A stretch of DNA of 64,000 nucleotides from contig JBFGLM010000009.1 in assembly GCA_041576165.1 (NCBI GenBank), forward strand, positions 32,001 through 96,000, given 5' to 3'. Numbering within the stretch: position 1 is the stretch's first letter; every line of letters begins with the position of its first letter. The notes beneath the pieces are model-generated. The model was not told the origin of the DNA, made no database searches, and saw only the letters and a list, made by a program, of their open reading frames with translations. Position numbers and translations under genes: made by a program. Of this stretch, positions 36,899-47,317 are shown in pieces. Source of the stretch: Acidimicrobiia bacterium (lineage in GTDB: Bacteria; Actinomycetota; Acidimicrobiia; Spongiisociales; Spongiisociaceae).

Positions 36899-39604
36899 AT
36901 GTCCAATACAAAATGGGTCTACCGGTTCGACGAGGTCGATGCTGCCGAAGCGCACGTCGACGGCGATTGGGAGTCGGTGCGCGGCCTCCTCGGCGGCAAA
37001 GGCGCCAACCTCGCCGACATGACACGGCTCGGTGTCCCAGTTCCGCCTGGATTCACGGTAACCACCGAGGCGTGCCTCGCATACCTCGAAGCCGACGAGC
37101 AGTTGCCCGAAGGGGCCTGGAAGCAAATCGAAGCAGCGCTTGCATCCATCGAGTCTGCGACCGGAAAGCGGTTCGGCAACGCGTCGGACCCGCTCCTGGT
37201 ATCGGTCCGGTCGGGAGCCAAGTTTTCGATGCCCGGCATGATGGACACCGTCCTGAATATCGGTCTCAACGACGAAGTGGCCGAAGGCATGGTCGCCCTC
37301 ACGGGCGACGAGCACTTCGTCTACGACTCCTACCGGAGGCTCATCCAGATGTTCGGATCCGTGGTGCTCGGTCTCCGCGACGAGCTGTTCGAGCATGTGC
37401 TCGAACGGTCGCGGATCCGGCGGGGCGCGGAGTCGGACGCCGAACTGACCGTCGAGGACCTCCGCTCGATCGTCGACGAGTTCAAGGGTATCGCAGTGCG
37501 TTTCCCCGACGAGCCGATCGAGCAGCTGCGGCTCGCCACCGAGGCGGTGTTCAAGTCGTGGAACGGCAAGCGCGCCGTCGACTACCGCAACGCCGCAGGC
37601 ATCGACCACGGCCTCGGCACGGCGGTCAACATCCAGACGATGGTCTTTGGAAACATGGGCGACGACTCGGCCACCGGCGTCGCCATGTCGCGGAATGCGA
37701 CGACCGGTGAGAATGAGATCGAAGGCGACTTCCTGGTGAACGCCCAAGGCGAGGACGTCGTGGCCGGGATTCGGCCGACCCAGCGGATGGCCGACATGGC
37801 CGTGGAGATGCCCGCGCTCTACGAGGAGTTCGCCAATATTGCGCGGACCCTCGAGGCGCACCACCGCGACATGCAGGACATGGAGTTCACCGTCGAGAGC
37901 GGGAAGCTCTGGCTGCTGCAGACCCGCGACGGCAAGCGGACCGCCCAGGCGGCGGTTCGGATCGCCGTCAGTCTCGCCGAGGAGGGTCTCATCGACCGGA
38001 CCGAGGCAGTCATGCGGGTTCAGCCCGAACAGGTCGATTTCTTCCTGCACCCGCAGTTCAGCCCGGAGACCAAGAAAGCCGCGCAGCTCCTTGCGTCCGG
38101 GCTCAACGTTTCCCCCGGCGCAGCTGTCGGTGTCGTCGCCTTCGATGCCGACCTCACCGAGGAGTGGGCGAAGGAACACGGCCGGGACGTGATCATGGTG
38201 CGGCCCGAGACGAAGCCCGACGACGTGCACGGAATGCTCGCCGCAAACGGGATTCTCACGAGCCGCGGCGGGCGCACGAGCCACGCCGCACTCGTCGCTC
38301 GCCAGTTTGGGAAACCGGCGGTCGTCGGCGTAAGTGAGCTGCAGATCGACCTGCAGAGCCGGATGATGTCGGTGGGCGACACCGAGGTCGAGGAGGGCGA
38401 CTGGATCTCGCTCGACGGCACCACCGGCGAGGTGTACCTCGGCAAGCTCGATTCGATCGTGCCCGACATCGAGGACCCATGGCTCATGACGCTGCTCGAA
38501 TGGGCGGACGAGCTCCGCACGCTCGATGTGCGGGCGAATGCCGACTACCCGGTGGACGCTCAGCGGGCCCGGGCGTACGGCGCGCAAGGGATTGGGCTCA
38601 CCCGCACCGAGCACATGTTCTTCGAGACCGAGCGGCTGCCCATCGTACAGACGATGATCATGGCCGAGTCGCCCGCCGAGCGCCGTGAGGCGCTCGAGGC
38701 GCTACTCCCGCTGCAGCGGTCCGACTTCGAGGGCTTGTTCCGGGCAATGGACGGGCTCCCGGTGATCATCCGGCTCATCGACCCACCGCTCCACGAATTC
38801 CTCCCCGAGGAGCGGGCGCTCACTCGACTTCTCGCGGACCACAAGATCCGCTTGTCGCACGCCGGCACGCTCGACGAGATCGAGGAGCTCCTCGCGCAGG
38901 TCGAGGAGGAGGAGCACATGCTCGCCCGCGTCGAGGCGCTGCACGAGGCGAACCCCATGCTCGGCACCCGGGGCGTGCGCCTGGGCATCATGCTCCCCGA
39001 CCTCACGAGGATGCAGGTCCGAGCGATCTTCCAGGCGGCCTGCGCGGTGGCCCGCGATGGGGTCGACGTGCACCCCGAAGTGATGATCCCGCTCACCAGC
39101 CACGTGAACGAACTCGCCCGCCAGCGCGCCGCCCTGGAGGCCGAGGCGCACGCCGTCATGGAGGAGGAGGGCCTCGAGGTCTCATACATGTTCGGGACGA
39201 TGATCGAGATTCCGCGGGCGGCGCTCACCGCCGACGAGATCGCCGAGTACGCCGAGTTCTTCTCCTTTGGGACGAACGATCTCACCCAGACGACGTTTGG
39301 GATCAGTCGTGACGACGCCGAGGCCGGCTTCCTCCTCGCCTACCTGCAGGAGGGCATCCTCGAGGACAACCCGTTCGATACGCTCGACCGCAACGGCGTC
39401 GGAAAGCTCATGGGCCAGGCCGTGGCGGCCGGCCGAGCAGTTCGGTCGGACCTCGAGGTCGGAATCTGCGGAGAGCACGGAGGAGACCCCCGCTCGATCG
39501 CCCTGTGCCAGGAGCTCGGGATCGACTACGTGTCGTGCTCACCGTTCCGGGTGCCGATCGCCCGGCTGGCCGCGGCCCAAGCCGCCGTGCGAGCCGAAAG
39601 CTGA
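36899..39604 (+). CDS. ppdK: pyruvate, phosphate dikinase
   Basis: LGGKGANLA, VSVRSGAKFSMPGMMDT, GGRTSHAA (phospho-His), SFGTNDLTQ, GICGEHGGDP. Confidence 0.97.
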   Translation: MSNTKWVYRFDEVDAAEAHVDGDWESVRGLLGGKGANLADMTRLGVPVPPGFTVTTEACLAYLEADEQLPEGAWKQIEAALASIESATGKRFGNASDPLLVSVRSGAKFSMPGMMDTVLNIGLNDEVAEGMVALTGDEHFVYDSYRRLIQMFGSVVLGLRDELFEHVLERSRIRRGAESDAELTVEDLRSIVDEFKGIAVRFPDEPIEQLRLATEAVFKSWNGKRAVDYRNAAGIDHGLGTAVNIQTMVFGNMGDDSATGVAMSRNATTGENEIEGDFLVNAQGEDVVAGIRPTQRMADMAVEMPALYEEFANIARTLEAHHRDMQDMEFTVESGKLWLLQTRDGKRTAQAAVRIAVSLAEEGLIDRTEAVMRVQPEQVDFFLHPQFSPETKKAAQLLASGLNVSPGAAVGVVAFDADLTEEWAKEHGRDVIMVRPETKPDDVHGMLAANGILTSRGGRTSHAALVARQFGKPAVVGVSELQIDLQSRMMSVGDTEVEEGDWISLDGTTGEVYLGKLDSIVPDIEDPWLMTLLEWADELRTLDVRANADYPVDAQRARAYGAQGIGLTRTEHMFFETERLPIVQTMIMAESPAERREALEALLPLQRSDFEGLFRAMDGLPVIIRLIDPPLHEFLPEERALTRLLADHKIRLSHAGTLDEIEELLAQVEEEEHMLARVEALHEANPMLGTRGVRLGIMLPDLTRMQVRAIFQAACAVARDGVDVHPEVMIPLTSHVNELARQRAALEAEAHAVMEEEGLEVSYMFGTMIEIPRAALTADEIAEYAEFFSFGTNDLTQTTFGISRDDAEAGFLLAYLQEGILEDNPFDTLDRNGVGKLMGQAVAAGRAVRSDLEVGICGEHGGDPRSIALCQELGIDYVSCSPFRVPIARLAAAQAAVRAES

Positions 39605-39867
39605 ACCGCACGGAAACCGCCCCGTGCCGCGCACCCGCGGATGGCAGGCGCATGATCAGCTCGCATAGTGCGATCACGGGTGGGTTGCGACGCGGATTCT
39701 CGGTGTCGGGTCGTCCTCGACGAGCTTCAACGGGTATCGCCGGCTGGCGTCGTGGCGGTGGTCCTATGGTGAGCTCACACCGGTCGGGGTCGAGTCCGTG
39801 ACGACCCAATCGGAGCCTCCGCCGGGACGCCGGCGAGGCGGCCCGACCCAGGAGTGGCGATGATCGC

Positions 39868-40172
39868 CTACGCCTCGCTACTGCAGCCGGGCGCAGCATT
39901 GGGCCGCCAGCGTAGGATCGCCAGCCAGTCGATCACTCCCACGAGATCCCGACCCTGCCCGAGGACATTGTCGTGATGAACGTCACGATGGATGACGCCT
40001 TGCGCCAGCTTCGGAGGTGCCGAGCCGGCTACCTCCCGAGCTCGTTCCCAGAGCCCGGGTCTCAGCACAAATCGCCCAGCGGCCGTTTCCAACCTGCGTA
40101 CGCTCGCGGTGGTCGCGCTGTCCAGTGGCTCGATGTTGGCGATGGGCTGGCCGAGCATGCCGTCCAACCACA
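39868..40172 (-). pseudogene. aminoglycoside-phosphotransferase/kinase-like relic with internal deletion
   Basis: RFVLR N-lobe joined almost directly to IHRDVHHDNVL...VGVIDW. Confidence 0.55.
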
Positions 40173-40415
40173 TCCGCACTCGTGGCTCAATCCCGTGTGA
40201 GTGCAGAGCCTTCGTCCGCCTCATCGTTCCAGACCTGGCAGAGCCTGGCAACGAGGCGATCATCGAAAGGGCGCTCCGGGGGCTTCAGGAAGATACGAAG
40301 ACCAGCCTCTGGTGCTCTGGGCGCTCAGGTCGAGAGCTGAGCCCATGATTCTGCAGCGACCGCAGCGAAGACAGGGCCGGTAGAGTCGGGCCTCGCCGGC
40401 CGCAGAGGAGTTGGG

Positions 40416-41627
40416 ATGTCAAGCGGGGCCACCCTCGAGGGACCGCTGCACGGAGTTCGGGTGCTCGACATCGCCACGATGCTCGGCGCGGGCCACTGTT
40501 CGTCGCTGCTCGCCGACTTCGGCGCTGACGTGATCCATCTCGAATTACCGGGTCGCGGCGACAGCCTGCGGGGCATGGGCCCGTTCAAGAACGGCCACTC
40601 ATTGCGCTGGGCGGTCGTCGGCCGGGGGAAGAGGTCGATCACCGTCGATCTGCGCACGCCAGAGGGCCAGGCCATCGTGCACCGGCTCGCCCGCAAGTCC
40701 GACGTCGTCCTCGAGAACTACCGGCCGGGCACGATCGCCCGCTGGAACCTAGGTTTTGAGACGCTGTGCGAGATCAACCCCGACATCGTCCTGCTCAGTC
40801 TGTCCGGGTACGGCCAGACGGGACCGAAAAGCCACTTGGCGGGCTTCGGCAGAGTGATCGAAGCAGCAAGTGGACTGATGAACCAGACTGGCGATCCGGC
40901 AGGACCGCCCTATCAGATGGGCGTGCCCCTCGTCGACTACGTCGCCGGTACCTTCGGTGCGATGGCGGTGGTCATGGCACTCTACGACCGGGCCGAACGC
41001 GGAGGGCGAGGGCAGTGGATCGACCTGTCCCTTTACGAATCGGTGATCCGGCTTCTCGACTCTCTCCTGACCAGGGAGGATGTTCTCGGGGAGACGCCGA
41101 CCCGGATGGGCAACCGCTACGTGAACGTAGCCCCCTCCGACGTCTACCGAGCGGGGGACGGACGGTACTTCTTTCACAGCTCCGCGACGCAGAGCGTCTA
41201 CGTCAGGCTGATGAAGGCGATTGGGCGCCCGGACCTCGTGACCGACGAGCGGTACGCGACGAACGTGGCCAGAACCGCCGGGGGCGGGGACATCAACGAC
41301 ATCGTCCAAGCCTGGTTCTCAGAGCGCGACACCGAGGAGATCATGCGGGTGATGGAAGCACATGACGTTCCGATCTCGCCCGTGAACACTACAGCCGAAG
41401 TGGTAACCGACCCCCAGCTGCACGAGAGGGAATCGCTGATCCGGGCCGCCTACGCCGACATCGGCGACGTGCTGATGCCGGGCGTCGTGCCGAAGCTCTC
41501 GCGAACGCCAGGATCGGTCCGCCATGCCGGCCCGCCCCTTGGTGCCCATACCGATGAGGTCCTCGGTGAGTTGCTGGGTATGGGACCTGACGAAATCACT
41601 GCCCTGCGCGAGCAAGGAATCGTCTGA
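40416..41627 (+). CDS. family III CoA transferase (CaiB/BaiF)
   Basis: GPLHGVRVLD, LADFGADVI, GRGKRSITVDL, ENYRPG, SGYGQTGP, LVDYVAG, GQWIDLSL. Confidence 0.93.
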   Translation: MSSGATLEGPLHGVRVLDIATMLGAGHCSSLLADFGADVIHLELPGRGDSLRGMGPFKNGHSLRWAVVGRGKRSITVDLRTPEGQAIVHRLARKSDVVLENYRPGTIARWNLGFETLCEINPDIVLLSLSGYGQTGPKSHLAGFGRVIEAASGLMNQTGDPAGPPYQMGVPLVDYVAGTFGAMAVVMALYDRAERGGRGQWIDLSLYESVIRLLDSLLTREDVLGETPTRMGNRYVNVAPSDVYRAGDGRYFFHSSATQSVYVRLMKAIGRPDLVTDERYATNVARTAGGGDINDIVQAWFSERDTEEIMRVMEAHDVPISPVNTTAEVVTDPQLHERESLIRAAYADIGDVLMPGVVPKLSRTPGSVRHAGPPLGAHTDEVLGELLGMGPDEITALREQGIV

Positions 41628-41639
41628 AGGGGTCCGACC

Positions 41640-42524
41640 ATGGAAGCAATCCGCAGCCTTTTGAGCGTTCCCGGGAACCGTGATCGCATGATCGCCAAGG
41701 CCCCCGACGTCGGGGCCGACGCCCTCATCCTGGACCTCGAGGACTCGGTGCCTGAGGATCGCAAGGCGGAGGCGCGGGAGATGACTGCCGGGTTCCTGGG
41801 GGAGGACGCGGGCGGAGCGATCACCTACGTTCGCGTGAATGCATTGGAGTCCGGTCACCTGGAGGCGGACCTCGATGCGATTGTTCGTCCCGGACTGGCG
41901 GGGATCCAATGCCCCAAGACCGATGTTCCCGCCGTGGTGCAGACGGTCGACCGGATGCTGCACGAGCTCGAGGCCGATCGGGGCCTGGAGCCGAACTCCG
42001 TCGAGCTGATCGCCGGGGTCGAATCCGCGGCCGGGGTATTTCATTGCTACGAGATCCTGTCGGCGGCGCGCCGGGTGAGCTCAGTGGTCGTTGGCGTCGC
42101 GGAGAACGGGGACCTGCAGCGAGACGTTGGCTTCGTCCACAGCCCGGAAGGCCTCGAGTCCTTGTACATCCGATCCAAGGTGCTGCTCGAAGCCCGTCAC
42201 GCCGGTATCACCAACCCGCTCGACGGTACGTTCAGCGACCTGGCGGACATGGAGGGTTTCGAGGCCGAGGCCCGTCGGGCCCACAACCTCGGATACAGAG
42301 GGAAGAAACTGATTCACCCCAAGCAGGTGGAGCCAACCAATTCGATCTTCATGCCAACGGCGGCAGAGCTGGATTTCCATTCACGCGTGATCGAGGCGAT
42401 GAAAGCTGCGGAGAGTGGAGGCCACGCCTCGACAACGGTGGACGGGAGAATGGTCGACATCGCGATGGTGGCAAACGCCAGGCAGGTGCTCGAATGGGCC
42501 GAGCGGCTCGGGATCGAGATCTAG
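41640..42524 (+). CDS. CitE/malyl-CoA-lyase-like CoA ester lyase
   Basis: RSLLSVPG, ILDLEDSVP, YVRVN, CPK, VES, GKKLIHPKQV, GRMVD. Confidence 0.9.
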   Translation: MEAIRSLLSVPGNRDRMIAKAPDVGADALILDLEDSVPEDRKAEAREMTAGFLGEDAGGAITYVRVNALESGHLEADLDAIVRPGLAGIQCPKTDVPAVVQTVDRMLHELEADRGLEPNSVELIAGVESAAGVFHCYEILSAARRVSSVVVGVAENGDLQRDVGFVHSPEGLESLYIRSKVLLEARHAGITNPLDGTFSDLADMEGFEAEARRAHNLGYRGKKLIHPKQVEPTNSIFMPTAAELDFHSRVIEAMKAAESGGHASTTVDGRMVDIAMVANARQVLEWAERLGIEI

Positions 42525-42530
42525 GACGGC

Positions 42531-43625
42531 TCACGCGCCATAATCGGCCGGATCGATCCCCAGTAGGTGGACGGCGTTGAGGCCGCAGATGAGCTCACGG
42601 TCGTGCTCGGAGAGGCCATCCGTCTGATACACCAGCTCGATCGGCCGGTAATCGGCCATGTCCGCCGGGTAGTCGGTGCCCAGCACGACGTGGTCGGCCC
42701 CGAACTTCTGCACCAGGTAGCTGAGCTGATCAGGAGCGAAGACCAGCGTGTCGACATGGAAGCGTGTCAGGTAGGTGCTGGGAAGCTCATTGATGTGGTC
42801 CCGGCAATCGGGCCGCACGCCGAAGGCGTGATCCATCCTCGCTCCATACGCCGCAGCGAAGGCCCCACCGTGGGACAGGTAGATCTTGAGGTCCGGGTGG
42901 CGCGCCATGACTCCGTCGAAGATGAGGTAGTGCACGGCCACTGTGGTGTCGAGCGGGTTGCCGATCACGTTTGCCAGGTGGTGGCGTGACAAACGCGGGC
43001 TGACGAAGGATGCGGGATGAATGAAGACGGCTACGTCCAGGGCCTCGCACCGATCCCAGAAGGGCTCCAGGCGCTCGGCTGACAACTCCTCGTCCATCAC
43101 CCGTGCCCCGATCTGAATCCCCTTGAATCCCAGTCCGTAGATACAGCGGTCCAGTTCCTCGAGGGCATGGTCGGTGGACTGGAGGGGGACGGTCCCCAGT
43201 CCCACGAATCTGCGCGGATGGGAGGCAACCGCGGCTGCGATGCCGGCGTTCACCATCCGACTCACCTCGGCGCCGATATCCGGATCCACCATGTAATACA
43301 TCTGTGGCGGCAGGCACGAGAGGGCCGCTACGTCGATCTGCATGGCATCCATGTCGCGCACTCGGGTGTCGATGTCGGTCCACTCTGCGACCCGAGTCGC
43401 ATGGATCCGTTCGTAGATCTCTCGGCTTCTCTGATCGGAAACCCGGTAGGCCGTGATGGCTTTCTCGGTTGGCAGGTGGGGTGCGACGAACTCTGCGGCC
43501 GCGAGCACCTTGAAGTGGTTGTGCAAATCCACGGTGAGTGTCGCTGGGCGCGCGCCCGGCTCGTCCAGATGTGGGCGGGCCGCCGTCGGCCCAAAGGGAT
43601 CGAGGGGAATCTTGGGTTCTGCCAT
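42531..43625 (-). CDS. amidohydrolase-2 family protein (ACMSD-like decarboxylase)
   Basis: VDLHNH, VPLQ, FIHP, IGNPLDTT, SHGG, VLGTDYPADM. Confidence 0.88.
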   Translation of the reverse strand: MAEPKIPLDPFGPTAARPHLDEPGARPATLTVDLHNHFKVLAAAEFVAPHLPTEKAITAYRVSDQRSREIYERIHATRVAEWTDIDTRVRDMDAMQIDVAALSCLPPQMYYMVDPDIGAEVSRMVNAGIAAAVASHPRRFVGLGTVPLQSTDHALEELDRCIYGLGFKGIQIGARVMDEELSAERLEPFWDRCEALDVAVFIHPASFVSPRLSRHHLANVIGNPLDTTVAVHYLIFDGVMARHPDLKIYLSHGGAFAAAYGARMDHAFGVRPDCRDHINELPSTYLTRFHVDTLVFAPDQLSYLVQKFGADHVVLGTDYPADMADYRPIELVYQTDGLSEHDRELICGLNAVHLLGIDPADYGA

Positions 43626-43673
43626 CCGAACGTCCTTCCGGGTCGAATCGGTCGCGGGGTTCCTCGGTCGATC

Positions 43674-44642
43674 TCAGCTCGGCCGAACGGGGAGGACCTC
43701 ATCGACCTGTGCGAGAACCTCAGGCCCGACCGCCCAGGTCGAGGCGGCAACATTGGCCTGAACCTGCTCCGGTGTGGTGGCACCGGCGATCACCGACGCG
43801 ACTCGGCGGCGGCTCAAAAGCCAGGAGATCGCCAGCTCGAGAATCGTGTGATCATAGGCTTCGGCGATCCCGGTCAGACGCTCGACGGTGTCGAGGACAT
43901 CGTCGTGGAGACCGAGGTGGGGCCGGGCCTCCCAGAAGGCCAGGCGGGTGCCCTTGGGCGCCGCCGCGCCTTTCCGGTACTTGCCGGTGAGGAGCCCACT
44001 GGCGATGGGGAAGTAGGGAAGGAACGCCATGTCGAGGTCGTCACAGGTCGGGAGCACGTCCGCCTCTGCCCCGCGCACGAGCAGCGAGTACTCGTTCTGC
44101 ACGCTGGAGAATCGCACGGTGCCGAGATCATCTGCCACCGCGGCGGCTTGCACGAGTTGGTCGGCGCTGAAGTTGGAACAACCGATCACGCGCACCTTGC
44201 CTTCGTCGACGAGTTCCTGAACGATGCCGAGCGTCTCGCTGATGTGGGAGTCGCGGTCCGGCCGGTGCATTTGATACAGGTCGATGTGGTCAGTGCCCAG
44301 CCGCCTCAGGCTGTCCTCACACGCGCGACGAACCCACTCTCGCCCTCCGCCTCGCATGCTGTTGTCCGTCTTGGACATCGAAATCCCGAACTTGGTCGCC
44401 ACGATCACCTGATCGCGGCGAGCTCCAAGGGCGGCGCCCAAGAACTCCTCGGAAACGCCGGTACCGGAGTATGGATGGTCGCCGTATCCGTAGATGTCGG
44501 CGGTGTCGAAAAACGTTATGCCGGCGTCGAGGGCCGCGTGCACGACGGCCGTGCTGGAGGCACGATCGAGCTTGCGCCCGAAATTGTTACATCCCAGCCC
44601 GACGGCGGAGACCGAGAGTGCACCGATGCTTCGAGCTTCCAT
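43674..44642 (-). CDS. aldo/keto reductase
   Basis: GLGCNNFG, FDTADIYG, ATKFG, SLRRLGTDHIDLYQMH, GCSNF, QNEYSLL. Confidence 0.94.
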   Translation of the reverse strand: MEARSIGALSVSAVGLGCNNFGRKLDRASSTAVVHAALDAGITFFDTADIYGYGDHPYSGTGVSEEFLGAALGARRDQVIVATKFGISMSKTDNSMRGGGREWVRRACEDSLRRLGTDHIDLYQMHRPDRDSHISETLGIVQELVDEGKVRVIGCSNFSADQLVQAAAVADDLGTVRFSSVQNEYSLLVRGAEADVLPTCDDLDMAFLPYFPIASGLLTGKYRKGAAAPKGTRLAFWEARPHLGLHDDVLDTVERLTGIAEAYDHTILELAISWLLSRRRVASVIAGATTPEQVQANVAASTWAVGPEVLAQVDEVLPVRPS

Positions 44643-44839
44643 GCCTTCGACTCCTTCGACGGCCCGTTGCCGTCATCGTATGCAGCCGTCCCCTTCGCCG
44701 CAGCGTGGCCATCTGCCGGGGCAGGATGAGCCTCCGGGGTGAGCGTGTAGACGGCAACATCGTCCGCGTTTCTCCGGAGCGAACATGGGGCGTCTCCGGC
44801 CCGCGCCCGAGCATCGCCGAAACGGCAGCGGTCGGCGAT

Positions 44840-45053
44840 GCCCGGACGCGACCCTCACCGTTTGTATCAACTGGATGTGGCGGTCGATGTTCTCCTGTTT
44901 GAACCGTGGGTGAATGCGCCGCCTTCCCCGATGTCGTGTTCGCCCTTTGTCTCGCCCGAGAGGAACAGACCGGTAGCTGCTCACCAGAGCAACACCGTCC
45001 AGCCCGATCGCCGAGACCGATTCGCCGGCAGAGCCCAGTTGCCGTTGCTTCAA
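44840..45053 (-). pseudogene. second aldo/keto reductase relic
   Basis: LKQRQLGSAGESVSAIGL followed shortly by HPRFKQENIDRHIQLI; middle missing. Confidence 0.5.
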
Positions 45054-45230
45054 CGGTTCACACGGCAAGTCCCTCGACCGGTCAGAATGCTAGGTCCTCT
45101 CCGGCCCAGCGATCGTTGGGCGAGGTCGCCGCGTACCGGAATGGAAGGCGCCCGAGTTGCTGGCTGGGCCGGGGACAGCTGGACATATCGATGGTGATCG
45201 ATGTATCATACAAGAGTCACGAGGTACATC

Positions 45231-45995
45231 ATGACCGACATCACCGACATCCACATCGAGAAAGACATCAAGGAAGCCGTACGGGCGCGGTACGCCACCG
45301 CCGCATTGCGAATCCTGGACCAGAACGACACCGGGTGCTGCGGGCCGGAAGCGGATACCACCGACGAAGGCCGCTTCGGCGCCTCAGTGTATGATTCCCT
45401 CGCCGCGGCCGAGCTCCCCGACTCCGCCACGCTGGCGTCGCTGGGGTGCGGCAACCCCACCGCCGTCGCGCAGCTCGCCGAGGGCGCAACGGTGCTCGAC
45501 CTCGGCTCAGGCGCCGGGCTCGACGTCTTCCTCTCGGCTCGGCGGGTTGGCGCTTCGGGGAGGGTCTACGGACTCGACATGACCGACGAGATGCTCGAGC
45601 TGGCGCGTCGCAACCAGGCCGAACTCGGGATCGAGAACGTCGAGTTCCTCAAGGGGGATATCGAGGCTGTGTCCTTGCCCGACGACTCGGTCGACGTGGT
45701 GATCTCCAACTGTGTGATAAACCTCTCCACGGACAAGCCGGTTGTCTTCAGCGAGGCGCACCGGGTACTCCGCCGGGGCGGCCAGTTCGCAGTGACCGAC
45801 GTCGTCACGACCCGACCGTTCACTGAGGACGAGAAAGCCGACATGGCCTCCTGGACCGGCTGCATCGCGGGCGCCCTCACCATCGCCGAGTACGAGGACG
45901 GCCTGGCCAAGGCCGGCTTCTCCGCCATCGAGATCGAGGTCACCCACGAAGTCGGCCCCGACGCGGTGAGCGCCATCATCCGCGCAACCGCCTAA
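45231..45995 (+). CDS. arsM: arsenite S-adenosylmethionine methyltransferase
   Basis: VRARY, GCCG, SLGCGNP, VLDLGSGAGLD, GLDMTDEML, ISNCVINLS, WTGCIAGAL. Confidence 0.9.
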   Translation: MTDITDIHIEKDIKEAVRARYATAALRILDQNDTGCCGPEADTTDEGRFGASVYDSLAAAELPDSATLASLGCGNPTAVAQLAEGATVLDLGSGAGLDVFLSARRVGASGRVYGLDMTDEMLELARRNQAELGIENVEFLKGDIEAVSLPDDSVDVVISNCVINLSTDKPVVFSEAHRVLRRGGQFAVTDVVTTRPFTEDEKADMASWTGCIAGALTIAEYEDGLAKAGFSAIEIEVTHEVGPDAVSAIIRATA

Positions 45996-46372
45996 GAGGC
46001 ACCTCGGATGGGGCGAATGGCAATGAGCCTTGAAGCGGGTGCCGTGGCCCGAGCGGCCCGGCTGGAAGAGCCAAGAGCGGACAATGACGGTCGTCTGGCG
46101 AGAGGCGCCTGCGCCTATCCGCTGACGCCCTGAGCCTGCGGACGACTGGGCCCGGCTGGAACTGATCTGCACCCGCGAAGCTTGGTGGCCTGGAGCTGGG
46201 TGTCGTGGAGCACCGCACGATCGGATATCAGTCGGGGCGGGAGGGGGTAGCGCTGGTGCGTCACCTTCGGCGCGGTGTCGGGCGAGCTGCGTCACAAGCT
46301 GGTCGATCAGAGCGCGCCACGGAGCGACGCCGGGTGGCAATGACGACGAGCCGAATGCAGGGTTCAGGGTGC

Positions 46373-47308
46373 TCAGCGGGTTTCTTGGTGGCTAGCCCAC
46401 GGGATGGGGTCGCTCAACTCGCCGAGGAACGTCCCGTGGCCGTTGAGATTGCGGAAGGCGAGCCACACCTTGGTGCCGTCGTATTTCTCGATGAGTCGTC
46501 CGGAGTACAAGTCAGGCAATAGGGCCGGCGATGCCCGGCTGATGTCGTACGGGCCGAGCGGGGACGAGACGTCCAGCACGTAGGTGGCATCACTGGGACG
46601 GGTTTGCAGCCGTGCCCGACGAGCCGCGGACACGAGATTTCCCTGACAACTGAAGACCAGCACATACCGTTTGTTCACCGGTACCAGCTGGCTGACCTCG
46701 AGGTGCCCAAACTCACCGCTTCCAGTGAGCGGTGGTGCGACCTCCCATTTTGCGAGATCGGGGGAGAGGGCGTGTCCGATCACACCTCGCCCGTCGGGAG
46801 GGCCTTCGTTGACCCGCGCAGTCACCAGGGCGTGGAACATCCCGTCGGGGCCTTTGAACACCCACGGGTCCCGCCACGCCTCCTCGTACCAGTCGTGCTC
46901 CTCAATCGTCTCGTACCAGCGAGCGTCTGCGGAGAACAGCGGGCCCGGCCGTTTCTCCCAACCCATCAAGTCGTCGGAAACGGCAACTCCAATCCGTTGG
47001 GAGACGACGCCGTTCAAGAGCGATGCACCGGTGTAGAACATGTGCCAGACACCTTCATGCCGGACGATGCTCCCGGTCCAGATGGCCAAGGCATCCCACG
47101 AGCCCGGCTCACCAGGCCCGATCGCATCATCGAGGACCGTCCATCTACACAGATCTTCCGACACGGCATGTCCTACAGACGCGTGGGCGTGGCGCAGGTT
47201 GGGATCGCCGAGGGCCCGCGGCGCCTGCAAGTAGAACGCGTGATAGCGGCCGTCGGCCCGGGCGGTCCAGAAGTCCCAAATCCACCTGTCTTCGAGTCGA
47301 AGGCCCAA
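46373..47308 (-). CDS. GH32/GH68-clan beta-fructofuranosidase-like hydrolase
   Basis: WIWDFW, GHAVSEDL, WTGS, WRDP, GHLEV five-bladed propeller motifs. Confidence 0.85.
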   Translation of the reverse strand: MGLRLEDRWIWDFWTARADGRYHAFYLQAPRALGDPNLRHAHASVGHAVSEDLCRWTVLDDAIGPGEPGSWDALAIWTGSIVRHEGVWHMFYTGASLLNGVVSQRIGVAVSDDLMGWEKRPGPLFSADARWYETIEEHDWYEEAWRDPWVFKGPDGMFHALVTARVNEGPPDGRGVIGHALSPDLAKWEVAPPLTGSGEFGHLEVSQLVPVNKRYVLVFSCQGNLVSAARRARLQTRPSDATYVLDVSSPLGPYDISRASPALLPDLYSGRLIEKYDGTKVWLAFRNLNGHGTFLGELSDPIPWASHQETR

Positions 47309-47317
47309 GGTCGCCCC

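Noticed and set aside
36899-39604. ppdK as a dedicated PEP supply for ComA
   Set aside because: About 20 kb away and separated by unrelated operons; ordinary central metabolism
39780-39810. GGGGTCGAGTCC as a tRNA or att remnant
   Set aside because: No cloverleaf and no match to the tRNA-Glu end
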